64,000 nt of DNA from Octopus sinensis. Taxonomy: Eukaryota. Below are positions 1 to 12,399 of the stretch, one piece after another. How positions within the stretch are numbered: position 1 is the first letter of the stretch; each line of letters begins with the position of its first letter. The DNA is taken from positions 1 to 64,000 of the forward strand of contig NW_021833123.1 in the NCBI RefSeq assembly GCF_006345805.1, in the 5' to 3' direction. The translations under genes were made by a program, and so were the position numbers. The notes below the pieces were generated by a model. The model saw nothing but the letters and a program-made list of their open reading frames with translations, made no database searches and was not told the DNA's origin.

Positions 1-281
1 GAGAAGCGTACATATATATACATACATATTCATATGTATTCATATATTTGCATATAAATGAATATATGTGTATATATATATATTATATATATATATTCTA
101 TATATATATATATGTACATATATGTGTACATATATATGCGTGCATATATATACATGCATATATATATATGTATATATATATGTGTACATATATATATGTA
201 TAAATATGTTTATATATATGTATATATATATATATACATATACATAAAGCATTACACACGTATACACTCGCACACACACAC

Positions 282-324
<43 letters not shown>

Positions 325-345
325 CACACTCACTGATATGCACTC
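1..345. repeat. Compound (AT)n/(AC)n microsatellite
   Basis: Direct inspection; the ORFs here are Y/I/H/T/C/V low-complexity artefacts. Confidence 0.97.
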
Positions 346-613
346 ATACACACGTCGGGGATGGGGGTAAACTTTATTACAAGATAATAGCGAAACTATA
401 GTACAATTACCCCCACTTTGGTCGTCTGTACTTCTTATTGTGTTAGTAAAAACATAATGGCCGCACTATTCTAACGACACATGCTCTTTGCACGATAAAA
501 CAAAAACAATACATAATATATAAGGCAACAAATGTGTTATAAAAATAGATAGATAAATAAATGCTATAAAATCCGTTTGGCTGCTTGTTTCTCTGGAGAT
601 TGTCAAAGTGATG

Positions 614-667
614 TGAACGCCTCTGATGAGACCCCAATAAGGTTCGAAAATCGATTAAGGTTGTTCA
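614..667 (+). ncRNA. Minimal type I hammerhead ribozyme motif (Penelope-like/retrozyme type)
   Basis: CTGATGA 623-629; stem II 630-645; GAAA 646-649; palindromic stem III AATCGATT 649-656; H17=A657; stem I TGAACGCCT (614-622) pairs with AGGTTGTTCA (658-667) with one bulge. Confidence 0.8.
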
Positions 668-1087
668 TCATTTTTTTTTTTTTCAGTCTGCGAAGAAATG
701 GCTAAAATTTGCCCTGTTTATAATTATACCATATGTTACGTATATATGTTATATAGATTCAATAAATGTCATATAGAAAACTGAAATATATATATCAGCC
801 AAAGATTGGCCCAAGTCATATCTAACTTAATAACACCACCTGATAAAACCTGTTAAGTCATTTTTAAGACAAATTTAGTCCTATCACAGTCCGTTCAAAT
901 GGGGGATTTGTTGTTGACTGAGATGTATCCTGGTATATGTAGCTTATCTGTAATCCTTTGAAGAAATTTGTTCAAGTTTCGTATGAAGATGAAGGACAAG
1001 GCGTAGGAGTGGCTGTGTGGTAAGTAGCTTGCTTACGAACCACATAGTTCCGGGTGCAATCCCACAGCGTGGCACCTTGGACAAGTG

Positions 1088-2880
1088 ATGAGGCTTACTT
1101 GAACGCCGAGATCGACTTTATCAATGGCAAAATTAGTAAACTATCCAAAGAGCACATTAGTAAAAAACACCATCTCGGCTGGAAATCCATCAAAGACCTA
1201 TCAGGCAAAAATTCTGGGTCATCAATTAGAATTAAAGGGGGATTAGCTAAGAAGCGTTTAGAAAATTGGTCAACCCATATTAAAATCCTCCTTGGGAAGA
1301 ATGCCAAAATCCCTGATAACCCCACTCTTCCAAGTGTGCCTATATCAGACACGCTTGACATCAACACCTCCCCTTTTATCATATTTGAACTAACAGCAAC
1401 CACCAAGCAACTAAAAGCCTCGAAAGCATTTGGTCCCGACAACATCCCAGCTATAATTTGGAAGAATGATAGATTTCACACAATTTTGCTCAACCTCTGC
1501 AACCACACACTTTCCACCTTTGTCGCTCCAAAGATTTGGCACCAATCTCAAATCATCCCAATACCCAAAAAAGGCGATTTATCCCTTGTCACCAACTACA
1601 GGGGTATATATCTAATGTCAATTGCTGCAAAACTGTACAACAAACTGATCCTAAATCGTCTTGTCCTTTTTGTTGAACCTTTGCTCCGAAAGAACCAAAA
1701 TGGATTCAGACATGGGCGCTCAACGCTGAGCCAGATACTATGCCTACGCAGACTTATTGAAGAATCAAAAGCATTTAATCGCGATCTTGCAATGGTATTT
1801 GTAGACTTTTCTAAAGCGTTCGATTCTGTAGATAGGTACAAGATGTTTGAAATACTTAAGCTCTATGGGATACCAGACAAAATCATTTCTGCCATCAAGG
1901 TCCTCTACACAGATACGTCTTCAACCATCTTAACCCCTGACGGAGAAACATCATCGTTCTCAATCAAAGCCGGAATACTGCAGGGAGACACACTCGCCCC
2001 ATTTCTTTTCATCATTGTTGTTGATTATGTGCTACGTATGTCAGTTGATACCATCTCTGGCAAGGGCTTTGAAATAAAACCAAGAAGAAGTTCCAGACAC
2101 CCAGCTGAGTACTTGACAGACACTGACTTTGCTGACGACATCGCGCTTATCAGTGATTCTCTCTCCAATGCCCAGTCTCTTTTACAATCTCTTGAACAAG
2201 CCTCAAATTGTGTAGGTCTTTACCTCAATGAGGCCAAATCTGAATACATAAACACGTGCCTGTCCAACAGTGATTGCATCATCCATACTCTCAACAATGC
2301 CCCCTTAAATATGGTTTCTGATTACAAATATCTTGGGTCATACATATCATCATCTGGAAAAGACTTTCTAACTAGAAAGGATATGGCCTGGTCAGCCTGT
2401 AATGACATGCATAAGATCTGGTCATCAAATCTAAGTAGAGACTTCAAACTTGAAATCTTCAAATCCACAGTCGAACCAATTCTACTATATGGCTCAAAAA
2501 CCTGAACGTTATTAAAGAAGCTTGAGAGGCGGTTGGATGGAACCTACACTCGCCTCCTTATGAGAGCTCAAAATCTCTCGTGGAAGCGCCATCCAACCAA
2601 AATGCAAATATATGAGAAACTACCACCTGTGTCATCTCTTGTGAAAGGTAGGAGAGTCCAGTTTGCTGCACATTGTTGTAGAGCTGAGAAAGAAGTAATT
2701 TCTACTCTTCTCCTCTGGAAGCCATCTACTCGCAATACCAGAGGGCGCACACTCTCCTACCCTGATGTAATCTCCAGGAATACAGGCATCCAGCAACAGG
2801 ACCTCCGTAATGCCATGATGGACCGTGAAGTCTGGCGTAGCATGGTAAATTCCATTGTCTCGACCACGGTCGAACAATGA
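1088..2880 (+). pseudogene. Reverse transcriptase ORF of the RTE/RTEX element, one in-frame stop
   Basis: ORFs 1054-2505 and 2533-2880 are in the same frame, separated by TGA at 2503-2505 where W is expected (LLYGSxTW). Confidence 0.88.
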
Positions 2881-2889
2881 TGATGATGA
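1088..2889 (+). mobile_element. 5'-truncated RTE/RTEX-clade non-LTR retrotransposon
   Basis: RT motifs YRGIYLMS, QNGFRHGRST, DFSKAFDSV, GILQGDTLAPFLF, FADDIAL, YKYLG; (TGA)n tail; TSD TTGGACAAGTG at 1077-1087 and 2890-2900. Confidence 0.93.
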
Positions 2890-3699
2890 TTGGACAAGTG
2901 TCTTCTACTATAGCCTCGGGCCGACCAAAGCCTTGTGAGTGGATTTGGTAGACGGAAACTGAAAGAAGCCCGTCGTATATATGTATATATATATATATGT
3001 ATATATATGTGTGTGTGTGTGTGTGTATGTGTGTGTGTATGTTTGTGTGTCTGTGTTTGTCCCCCCAACATCGCTTGACAACAGATGCTGGTGTGTTTAC
3101 GTCCCCGTAACTTAGCGATAGAATAAGTACTAGGCTTACAAAGAATAAGTCCTGGGGTCGATTTGCTCGACTAAAAGGCGGTGCTCCAGCATGGCCACAG
3201 TCAAATGACTGAAACAAATAAAAGAGTAAAGAGAGTAAAGAGATAATTTCCTTCGGTGATTTGTTTTGGTATAATGTTAAACAGATGAAATATCTTTTAT
3301 CTAAAAACGCTACACAGATATAAATATATGGTGCATCAATACATGTTTGCGTGGGTAAAGTTCTGTGGTTCTGAAAGTTATTATATAAGAATGGATTTAT
3401 GGTTTAATGCCACTACTTCACAAAGGGAAGAATGTACTATTTACTACATAGCAATGGCTTGAGTGATGCTTTGTGAGAAGAATTTTATAGACGAAATCAC
3501 GCCATAAATACATAGGTACAAACATGTCTATATCCATAACTACCTATATTCCTGAATACATCGTTTATATTTTATCTTTTACTTGATCCAGTCATTAGGC
3601 TGCGGCCATGCCTTACACTGCCTTACACATGCACGTGCGCACCCACACGCACACACGCGCACAGGCATACTCAGTCTCACAAATGCATACATGCAGATG

Positions 3700-3701
3700 T
3701 A

Positions 3702-3739
<38 letters not shown>

Positions 3740-3964
3740 TGTATGTATGTATGTATGCATGTATGTATGTGTGTATTATGTATGTATGTATGTATGTATG
3801 TATGTATGTATGTATGTATGTAGTATGTATGTATAGCTATACATACATCTAATTAGATGTTGTGCTAACCTCCTGAAGGGTTAGTTTCATCCAAGAAAAT
3901 ACTAGTTCAAAGCCTATCATTTGAGGGAATTGATTTCCTTAAAATAATAGGTTTATATATATAT

Positions 3965-4009
<45 letters not shown>

Positions 4010-4035
4010 ATATATATATATATATTATATAAACA
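3700..4035. repeat. (TATG)n and (AT)n microsatellites
   Basis: Direct inspection. Confidence 0.9.
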
Positions 4036-4440
4036 TATAGTTTATATTCATTTAAGAGAAGAAAAAGGAAATGAAGCTTAGGAAGTAAATAATTGTTTAT
4101 TATTAACAGCAGATTAATCATCTACACTTACAGCTGTTTCAATTAATATTCCGTAAATATTTAAATTTATATTTACATGATCTGGGCATAATATTATGGA
4201 TATAGTCTGCGATAATGACTAGTCTGCTATAATAAATACATAAACACATGTACAACATCCAAGGGTATATATTTGTTTTTCTCTGAAGATATTAATCGCA
4301 GGTTTTATAAATATAAATTTAGTATTTACTGAGTATTAATTGGAATACCTGTAAGCGAAGATGATTAATTTGCTATTAATAATAAACAATTGTTAACTTC
4401 CCAATCTCCATTTTCTTTTACTTCTATTTTATATATATAT

Positions 4441-4900
4441 ACTAGCAGAGATACCCGGCGTTGCCCGGTTACATTCAATTGAAGAATTAGACTTTTCTGT
4501 TATATTTTCTGTAATGAACTGGAATATCTATGTTTCGAATTTCATCAAAGTTGCAATGGAGGGTGATTTCTCTCTTTACACACCGTAAAAAAAATTGTAA
4601 TCGTGCCACATGTATCCCATACTACTGATTTTTATGCGCATATTCCAAAATTCCTGTATTATAGAACCATTTAAAAAGATTTTGCTCCTGAAAATGAAGG
4701 TCATGGGGCTCTAAAATGTGAGAGTTAAGGCCCCTGTTGGGGGTGGGCATCTTAATGTCAGCCAGAAAAGTTGAATTGTTGAAAATCTTTTTAACTTGGA
4801 TCTTCTATCATACTCTCAATTTTGGCCAATTTGCGCTGCAGGGTCTCGAAGGAGATAGTGTTAGTTGAAGGCTACCAAACCTACCATACACAACTTCAGC
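4441..4900 (+). mobile_element. Possible non-autonomous Helitron/Helentron-like element
   Basis: Begins ACTAGCAGAGATACCCGGCGTTGCCCGG after an (AT)n run, a terminus type typical of Lep1/HINE-like elements; class assigned by recognition only. Confidence 0.4.
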
Positions 4901-5190
4901 AGTACTAAACTCTACTCTCCTTCCTGGTTAGATCTTCTGACTTCAGTGAAGTTGTTGTAGCGCTCCAGCCACTTCGTAAAGGCCTCATGGAGGCCTTCCA
5001 AATTGAAAGTACCTGGGGTCGTTGTTACAGCCTCCTTCATTTCTAAAACAACTGCCGTTGAAGTTATTCTTCATCTTGGGGAACAACCAAAAGTCTCAGA
5101 GAGTAAGGTCTACATTGCACAAAGGGTGAGCAACAGTGTTGATGCTCGTCTCTGTAAAGATGGAATTGTGACAAGCAGTATTTTGTAGGA
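4901..5190 (-). pseudogene. Decayed mariner transposase C-terminal fragment
   Basis: Minus strand reads TVAHPLCNVDLTL*DFWLFPKMKNNFNGSCF, then after a frameshift EMKEAVTT..LEGLHEAFTKWLERYN; matches the HPPYSPDLAPxDF region and mariner C-terminus. Confidence 0.72.
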
Positions 5191-5334
5191 TATATTGAAA
5201 ATATGTTGCTGACGTATCCTGCAATTTAGAATTAAGTCAACAGGACAGCTTATTAGATCTATAATAATGATATAATAAATTAGAATACTCTAGGCAAGCT
5301 ACAACTCCTTCTTTTAAGTGTATGTGTGTGTGTG

Positions 5335-5685
5335 TGGCACATGGCTCAGTGGTTAGAGCGTCGGGTTCACAATCATGAGATATTGAGTTCGATTTCTGGA
5401 TCGGTCTGTGTGTTGTGCTCTTGTGCAAGACACTTTATTTCACGTTGCTCCAGTTCACTCATCTGTAAAAATGAGTTGTGACATCACTGGTGCCAAGCTA
5501 TATCCGTCTTTGCCTTTCCCTTGGATAACATCGGTAGCACGGAGAGGGGTGGCTCGTATGGATGGGCGACTACTGGTCTTCCATAAGCAACCTTGCCCGG
5601 ACTTGTGCCCCGGAGGGTAACTTTCTAGGCACAACCCCATGGTCCTTCATAACCGAAGAGAGTCTTTACCCTATTACCCTTATAT
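5335..5685 (+). mobile_element. tRNA-derived SINE (family C, with central GCAAGACACT domain)
   Basis: A-box TGGCTCAGTGG, B-box GAGTTCGATTTC; central GCAAGACACTTTATTTCACGTTGCTCCAGT shared with 22945-23180. Confidence 0.75.
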
Positions 5686-5888
5686 GTAAGTCTATGTTCG
5701 TATCTCTGTGTTAGGCAGGTGGTTTTGATATTATTTAAATTTCTGTAACTTAGCAATTTATACACACATGTATAGAAAAATGTTCGATAATATAAAAATC
5801 ACCATGAAAAAAATATAATAATTCTAAAGTGAATTTGTGCGACTAAAACGCTTCAACGTAGTACTCCAACACGGCCTTCGTCGAATGA

Positions 5889-6298
5889 CTCTCTTTTACT
5901 CTTTTACTCTTTTATATGTTTCAGTCATTTGACTGCGGTCATGCTGGAGCACCACCTTTAATCGAGCAACTCGACTCCGGGACTTATTCTTTTGTAAGCC
6001 CAGTACTTATTCAATCGGTCTCTTTTGCCGAACCGCTAAGTAACGGGGACATAAACACACCAACATCGGTTGTCAAGCAATGCTAGGAGGACAAACGCAG
6101 ACACAGAAACACACACACGCATACATATATACATATATACGACGGGCTTCTTTCAGTTTCTGTCTACCAAATCCACTCACAAGGCTTTGGTCGGCCCGAT
6201 GCTATAGTAGAAAACACTTGCCCAAGTTGCCTCGCAGTGGGACTGAACCCAGAACCATGTGGTTGGTAAAAAAGCTACTTACCACACAGCCACTCCTG
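5889..6298 (-). mobile_element. tRNA-derived SINE family A, near full length
   Basis: Reverse complement of the 1000-3243 SINE from head (CACACAGCCACTCCT) to (CTCTTTTA)n tail. Confidence 0.9.
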
Positions 6299-6829
6299 AA
6301 ACAATACGCATAAATTAAAGGAATCGGTTCGAATTTGCAATTAGAAAATAGTTCAACCACTTAAATCGCTCTAACTATATCACTACTAAGTTTATTGATC
6401 TGTAAATATAAAACGTAAGCATGACTCTGACAGGATCTGAACTCAGTACATAAAATAACTTTTACTAAGACATTGTACGCACTTTCATCCGATGCTCAAA
6501 CGATTCTGCCAACAATAAAGACAAGAACGAACAGTCTTATCTATTTTCTTTATTTTATAACGTTTTAAAGTCTTTTTTTTTTCCATCCAATTTATTTCTA
6601 ACAGATTTTCCGTTTTATTTCATTTTTTGCTGACTTCTTTTCATCCTTAGCCTCGTTTTCATTTTTATTTTCTTTCAGCTACAGTTTGATTTTTGTATGC
6701 TTATTCTTTTTTTCTAAGATATTTGGGTCTTTTTACGTTGCTTTCTAAATACTTTTTTTATTTCTTGCTTTTTTATCTTTGTCTTCCATACATTTCACAA
6801 TTAATTTCTTTTCCTACTTTTTGCGTAAC

Positions 6830-6841
6830 ACACACACACAC

Positions 6842-6880
<39 letters not shown>

Positions 6881-6945
6881 GTGCGTGTGTGTATGTGCGT
6901 GTGTGTATGTGCATGTGTGTGTAGGTGTCCATGCATATACGTGTA

Positions 6946-6983
<38 letters not shown>

Positions 6984-7301
6984 ATATATATATATGTATG
7001 TAAGTATGTGTGTATGTATGTATATATACACACACACACTTATATGTGTGTGCGAGTGTATGTGAATATTTTTGTGAGTGTGAGTGTATCAGTATCCCTC
7101 TATATGTGTATTTTTGTTTGTTTGTGTGTGTGTGTGTATGTGTGCGTGTGTGTGTGTGCGTGTGCTTGCGCGCATGCGCATGTGCGTATAATGTTTATGG
7201 GATAAAAAAAATAATGGACGACTGTACAAAGACGAAGCTGACGGCTCAAGACAACAGCCGCTGCACTCTGACTTGCACACACACACACACATGCACACAG
7301 A

Positions 7302-7333
<32 letters not shown>

Positions 7334-7345
7334 TACACACACTTA
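6830..7345. repeat. Compound (GT)n/(AT)n/(AC)n microsatellite field
   Basis: Direct inspection. Confidence 0.9.
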
Positions 7346-7809
7346 AGCAGAAACATGTTACAAACACAAACATAAACACGTGCACATGAAAAGAGAACGA
7401 TGCCAAAGACTGCATGCCATTATTGCATAATCCACCGCAAAAGCCTTTCGTTGCAGCTTTGCTAATTCAAAGACAGAAAATGCCATTTTAATGGCAACCC
7501 AATGATCCGAAATAATATCACAGTTATTGATTTCAAATGAAATTCTACTCAATGCGGCGGCCATCTTTAAAACTTAAGCTCTTTGCCTCGTTCGTTCTGA
7601 AGAAGCTTTGTTCAATAGCCAGCTGGAGGGAAGAAAGTGAACATACTGCTTACTAGATAATGGAAATCATTGCCAGTGTAGTACTGGTCTCTTTAACAGA
7701 CTTTCTGCTTTGATTTTAAGAGTAGGTTCGATGCTTAAATATGTGTGTATGTGTGTCCGTGTGTGTGTGTGTTGTGTGTGTGTATGTGAAAGCGCTGTTC
7801 ATTTTTATT

Positions 7810-8070
7810 TTGTTTTTACTCATCATTTCTCTCAGTCAATCGATTGTGGCCATGCTGGAGCACCACCTTGAAGAGTTATAATCGAACAATATGATCACCG
7901 TACATGTTTCTGTTTTTAAGCCTGGTCCTTATCCTGTCGGTTCTTTTGTCGAACCGCTAAGTTACGGGGGCGTAAACAATCCAGCATCGATTGTCAAGCG
8001 GTGGAGCGGTGTATGTGACAAACAAAGACACAGACACACACACACACACACATACATCTATATATACATA
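7810..8070 (-). mobile_element. SINE family A, 3' part
   Basis: GGCCATGCTGGAGCACC and GAACCGCTAAGTTACGGGG motifs. Confidence 0.75.
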
Positions 8071-8100
8071 AACATATATACAGAGAGAGGGAGGGAGAGC

Positions 8101-8595
8101 TCTGTTATCACTCCCAGAACGGGTCCCAATTGAGAAGGGCATCAAGCAAGAAAACGCCTTCTGCCCAGAGCTCTTTACCGCATGTCTAGAATGGTCATCA
8201 AGGACATTGACTGGACAGATGGCGTGTACATCAATGGCGAGCAGCCTAACACACTTCCGATTCGCAGGTGACAGTGTACTCATCGCTGAAACCACAGACC
8301 CATCCTGCAGACCGTGCTGATGGAACTGGACACTCCGAGCTCAACAGTAGGTCTTAAAATGAAACTCATGGAAACGAAATATAAGCAGTCTGAAGACGTA
8401 GTACGACGCTGAATAGAGATGCGAAGTAATGAAATCGGGGTAGTAAAGGAATATGTCTACTTAAGGTTCACATTGAATATGCGCAGAGATATAGATGCTG
8501 AAATCTCAAAGAGCGTAAGAGAATGATCGAAGGCATTTAACTCAATAAACGATGTCCTCAAAACAAAGATAGACTATACCATACCTGCCAGACTC
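8101..8595 (+). pseudogene. Decayed RTE-clade reverse transcriptase fragment
   Basis: Reads PIEKGIKQENAFCPELFTACLE..DIDWTDGVYINGE..LTHFRFAGDSVLIAE..KEYVYL with frameshifts; resembles GVRQGD..SPKLF / LRFADDIVL. Confidence 0.78.
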
Positions 8596-8596
8596 T

Positions 8597-8955
8597 ATTT
8601 ACATTATTTACATTATTTACATCTTGTTTGTTGTTAACACAACGCTTCGGTTGATATACCCTCCAGTCTTCAATAGATGTCTTGGAGAAATTTCGAACCT
8701 AGGTTCTCATTCCTAAGGTATTTTTCGATGTTATTATTATTTTATGTTTGACTTTTGCTTTACATTTGTACAAGTTGGCTCCAAGTTTCACCCAGAGACC
8801 TCAAGAGACAAATTGGAAGTTCATGTTGGTGTTATGCCTAGGGTGCCATATATTTGGTTTTGTACATAGTGTTGTTCCAGAGAATGTTTAAGAAACCATA
8901 AGAAAATTATGTTTGTTTTAAAACTTGAGATTACATAGAAAGTATTTTGCGTAGG

Positions 8956-9012
<57 letters not shown>

Positions 9013-9058
9013 TTTATTGTTGTTGTTGTTGCTATTATTATTATTATTATTATTATTG

Positions 9059-9109
<51 letters not shown>

Positions 9110-9241
9110 CATTATTATTATTATTATTATATTATTATTATTATTATTATTATTATTATCATTATTCAGGTCACTGCTTGGAATCAAACTCGAAATCTTG
9201 GAGTTAATAACACGCGCTCTTAACTACTACGCCATATGCCC
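8597..9241 (-). mobile_element. Composite retroposon: tRNA-like head, (AAT)n tract, body with decayed hammerhead-like motif, short tandem tail
   Basis: Minus strand head GGGCATATGGCGTAGTAGTTAAG..GAGTTTGATTCC; (AAT)n about 8950-9165; motif 8641-8680; (TGTAAATAA)n tail 8597-8621. Confidence 0.55.
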
Positions 9242-9794
9242 GTAGTGGTTGAAGTTCCGAGTTCGATTCCAGGCAGTCACATTTAGTAACAATTATATAT
9301 ATATGTGTGTGTGTGTGTGGTGTGTGTGTGTGTGTTGAAAAATCAAGGCTGTTTCCTTCTGTTGGTGCTTTTTTTTGTTAATCTTCCATTAGCTCCCATC
9401 CGATGTTCCAGTTTATCTGCAGGCTACTTAGCGTTTAAAGTACAATATTGATAAGAAGGAGAATGCAGAATTTGAACACTGAAACTTGACGTTTATTTCC
9501 CTGTTAGTTTATTCATAATAATAGTCGGGCTAATATTATGAATAGACAAACTGGAAATAAATATAGTTTGTATGTTCAAATCCTTCATTCTCTTTAATAT
9601 CAATATGTGCGTGTGTGTGTGTGTGAGAAGACACTTGCCCAAAGTTCCATACAATAAAACTGAACCCGAAATCACGTTGTTGTAAAATGAGCTTCTTAAC
9701 GACACAGCCATGCCTTGCTGATAGTGCCCCAGCATGGCGCAGTTTAATGACTGAAACAAGGAAAAGATAAAAGAAGATAATTCTAGTTATTTAG

Positions 9795-10050
9795 TCTTAG
9801 ATTGTGTAGTCACGTGGTTTACTTGTTATGATGTCGCACAATCGATCGAAAGATTGGAGTTTCAACATCCTGGAATGTGAGATGCATTGTGATCTTGAGC
9901 AAACCATTTCATTTCACACTTATCTACTCCACTCATCTGGTAAAAAATAATGAGTAATCATGCGGGGACCGGTGCCTCGTGTAAGGAGTTAATATACACG
10001 CCATAGAACCCGGGAAACCGTTCCTATGAGCCCATCGCTCGAGAAGGAAC
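9795..10050 (+). mobile_element. Degenerate SINE family C
   Basis: CTTGAGCAAACCATTTCATTTCAC..CCACTCATCTGGTAAAAA similar to 22945-23180. Confidence 0.55.
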
Positions 10051-10259
10051 TATATCTTAGGTTAGCTCTCATCAAACAAAGGCATTTTAGTCCAGATCAT
10101 TTAAGTAAGGATGAAGTACGTTTATTTTCTTAAGCTCAACACATCTAAGACCATGGGCGAGAGTAAATTTATGCTGTATTCGGCTGCTACTTTTATAGAT
10201 CGAGCAGTATAAATGTTTTTTCTCATTATTTTTCTCGTCTTACTGTAACTCTTTCCTTT

Positions 10260-11230
10260 CTGTGTTAAAATCCCACTTTGACTTTCATCCCTCTGGGGTC
10301 AATAAGATAAAGTACCACTCAAGTACGGGGTCAATGTTCTCGAACCCAGTACTTTTAGGGGAGGGTCTACCTCTCTGTTCTAAAGAAATTGCAAGCCTTG
10401 TGCCTAGATCAGGAACCATTATTATTATTTTTGTAGGGCGGTTGGTCGGCAGAATCGTTAGCACGCCGAGGTCGACTTTGCCTTTCATCCTTTCGGGGTC
10501 GATTAAATATATACCAGTTACCCACCGGGGTCGATATAATCGACTTAATCCGTTTATCTGTCCTTGTTTGTCCCATTTGTGTGTAGCCCCTTGTAGGCAG
10601 TAAAGAAATAAGAACCGTGAGCACGCCGAGCTAAATACATAGCGGTAGTTTCCTCCGTCTTTACGTCTGAGTTCAAATTAAACTGAGCTCGACTTATCCT
10701 TTCATCGTTTCAGGGTCGATAAAATAAGTACAGGTTAAGGACAGGGGTCGATATGATCAACAAATCACATCCCCTGAAACAGCTGACCAACATTTGAAAT
10801 TATTATCCTGCTTGTCGGTCGGTAGATTGACAGAACCGTTAAGGCACTCGACAAAATGTCTTACCATATTTTATTCCCGTTCTACGTTCTAAGCTAAAAT
10901 TATACCGAAGTCAGTTTTGCCTTTTATTCCATCAATGTCGATAAAATAAAGTACTACTCAAGTACAGAGGTCGATCGTAGCAACTGACTTCTGTCTCCAA
11001 ATTCTCTGTCTTGTTTGTACATTCGAAACAACTACTTAGAGTGGTGAGTTTAGAGTAATATTTAAGTGTTGGACGAAATGCTTTACGGTATGCAGTTACG
11101 AGTTCAAATGCCACCCATCAATGTCAACCTTATTTTTTTTATCCTTCTGGGGTTGACTATATAAAGTGCTAGTCGAATAAGAAGTCAATGGTATCTATCA
11201 AACTCTCACCTCAAAATTGCTGGCTTTGTG
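10260..11230 (+). mobile_element. Cluster of tRNA-derived SINE family B copies
   Basis: Repeated GGCAGAA.CGTTAGCACGCC heads, GAGTTCAAAT B-box and CTTTCATCCTTTCGGGGTCGAT bodies. Confidence 0.8.
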
Positions 11231-12399
11231 CCTGTTAGGAATACCGTATTTGCCGGCACTCTCGCACATGACGTAACCTTACTTTACAAGTATATTTTAT
11301 GGAAAAAAAAATTGCTTTACTGAAAGATATTTAAAGCGTTATTTTGGTGGGTGTGGAATATTTGATATTGTGACTGTATACCTGAATAAAATATGAAGCC
11401 ATAAAGTCATCGTATGTAAACTACGTAATATGAGTATTGTATTTAAATAGCTATTATATTTTCATACTGGATGTAAAACTCGTAATTTTGGCTGTGATGT
11501 TATGTAACCACGAGGTGCCATTCATTTTGAGCGAAATATTACGAGCGAAGATTAATATTAAGCGAAATATATACTGTCGTATATATAGCGATTGACGTCA
11601 GCGATTGACGTCAACGATTGATAGGTATTAACTTAAATCACCTTGATGTTTTTCTAATCAGTTATTCAAAGTTATTAGAAACATTAGTAGCTAATTTATC
11701 ATGGACATTATTGGTTCGTTAAAAAAAACAATTGTAGATTTCTAATATATTTTTATTTTTATCAACTTCGCTCAATGCGTCTTATCAACAAAAAAAAAAA
11801 AAAAACAGTTTGAGGTTCGCTCAAACGACTGGACAGGAACCGCGTGGACCACCAGTTTGGAATGCTTCAATGTTTTGATTGCATCTACTCACTGCAAATA
11901 GCTTTCAAACGGGTTTTAAAGTTTCTCGGAGAATTTTCATTTAGATAAATATCAAAATGTTCCCTAAAGGTAACACTGTCATAATGTAAGATATATATAT
12001 ATAAGGCGTGGAATATGTATGCTGGGAAAGGAAAGTATAACGAGATAATGTGACCTCACCTACTTACTGCCAACACTTTTATATTTATACTAACGGACTG
12101 TAATATTTTGGCCTGTTTTCAATGTTATTGTTATTAATTGTCATTGGGCCTAGCAGACTTTTGCTATTCTGACTCCCTAGACTAAAAACCCTGGGACTCC
12201 CATTTGTAATACGGCAATTATTTGTGAGATTAAAGAAAGAAAATAAGTGTATCTTATACGTGGGTTGCTGCAGAATTGTTAGAGCATTGGTCAAAATGCA
12301 TTAGGGCATCTGGTTACGGCTCTCTACGTTCAAAGTTCATATCCTACTGAGGTCAATCTTACCTTTCATCCAAAATATGTTGCTAGTCTAATAATGAGG

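Larger units (their letters stand above)
1000..3243 (+). mobile_element. tRNA-derived SINE (family A) split by a LINE insertion
   Basis: Head GGCGTAGGAGTGGCTGTGTGG at 1000 runs to 1087 and resumes at 2890; internal (AT)(GT) tract; (AAAGAGT)n-like tail; same family as 5889-6298, 24391-24797, 38785-39256. Confidence 0.9.

Noticed and set aside
1054-1087. Start of the 483-aa ORF (MQSHSVAPWTS)
   Set aside because: Read from SINE sequence upstream of the TSD, not part of the RT protein
5003-5188. 61-aa plus-strand ORF
   Set aside because: Antisense reading of the mariner relic on the minus strand
5335-5405. tRNA gene candidates (also about 9165-9241, 38313-38395, 50385-50455)
   Set aside because: A/B boxes present, but each continues into a SINE body and lacks a convincing acceptor stem
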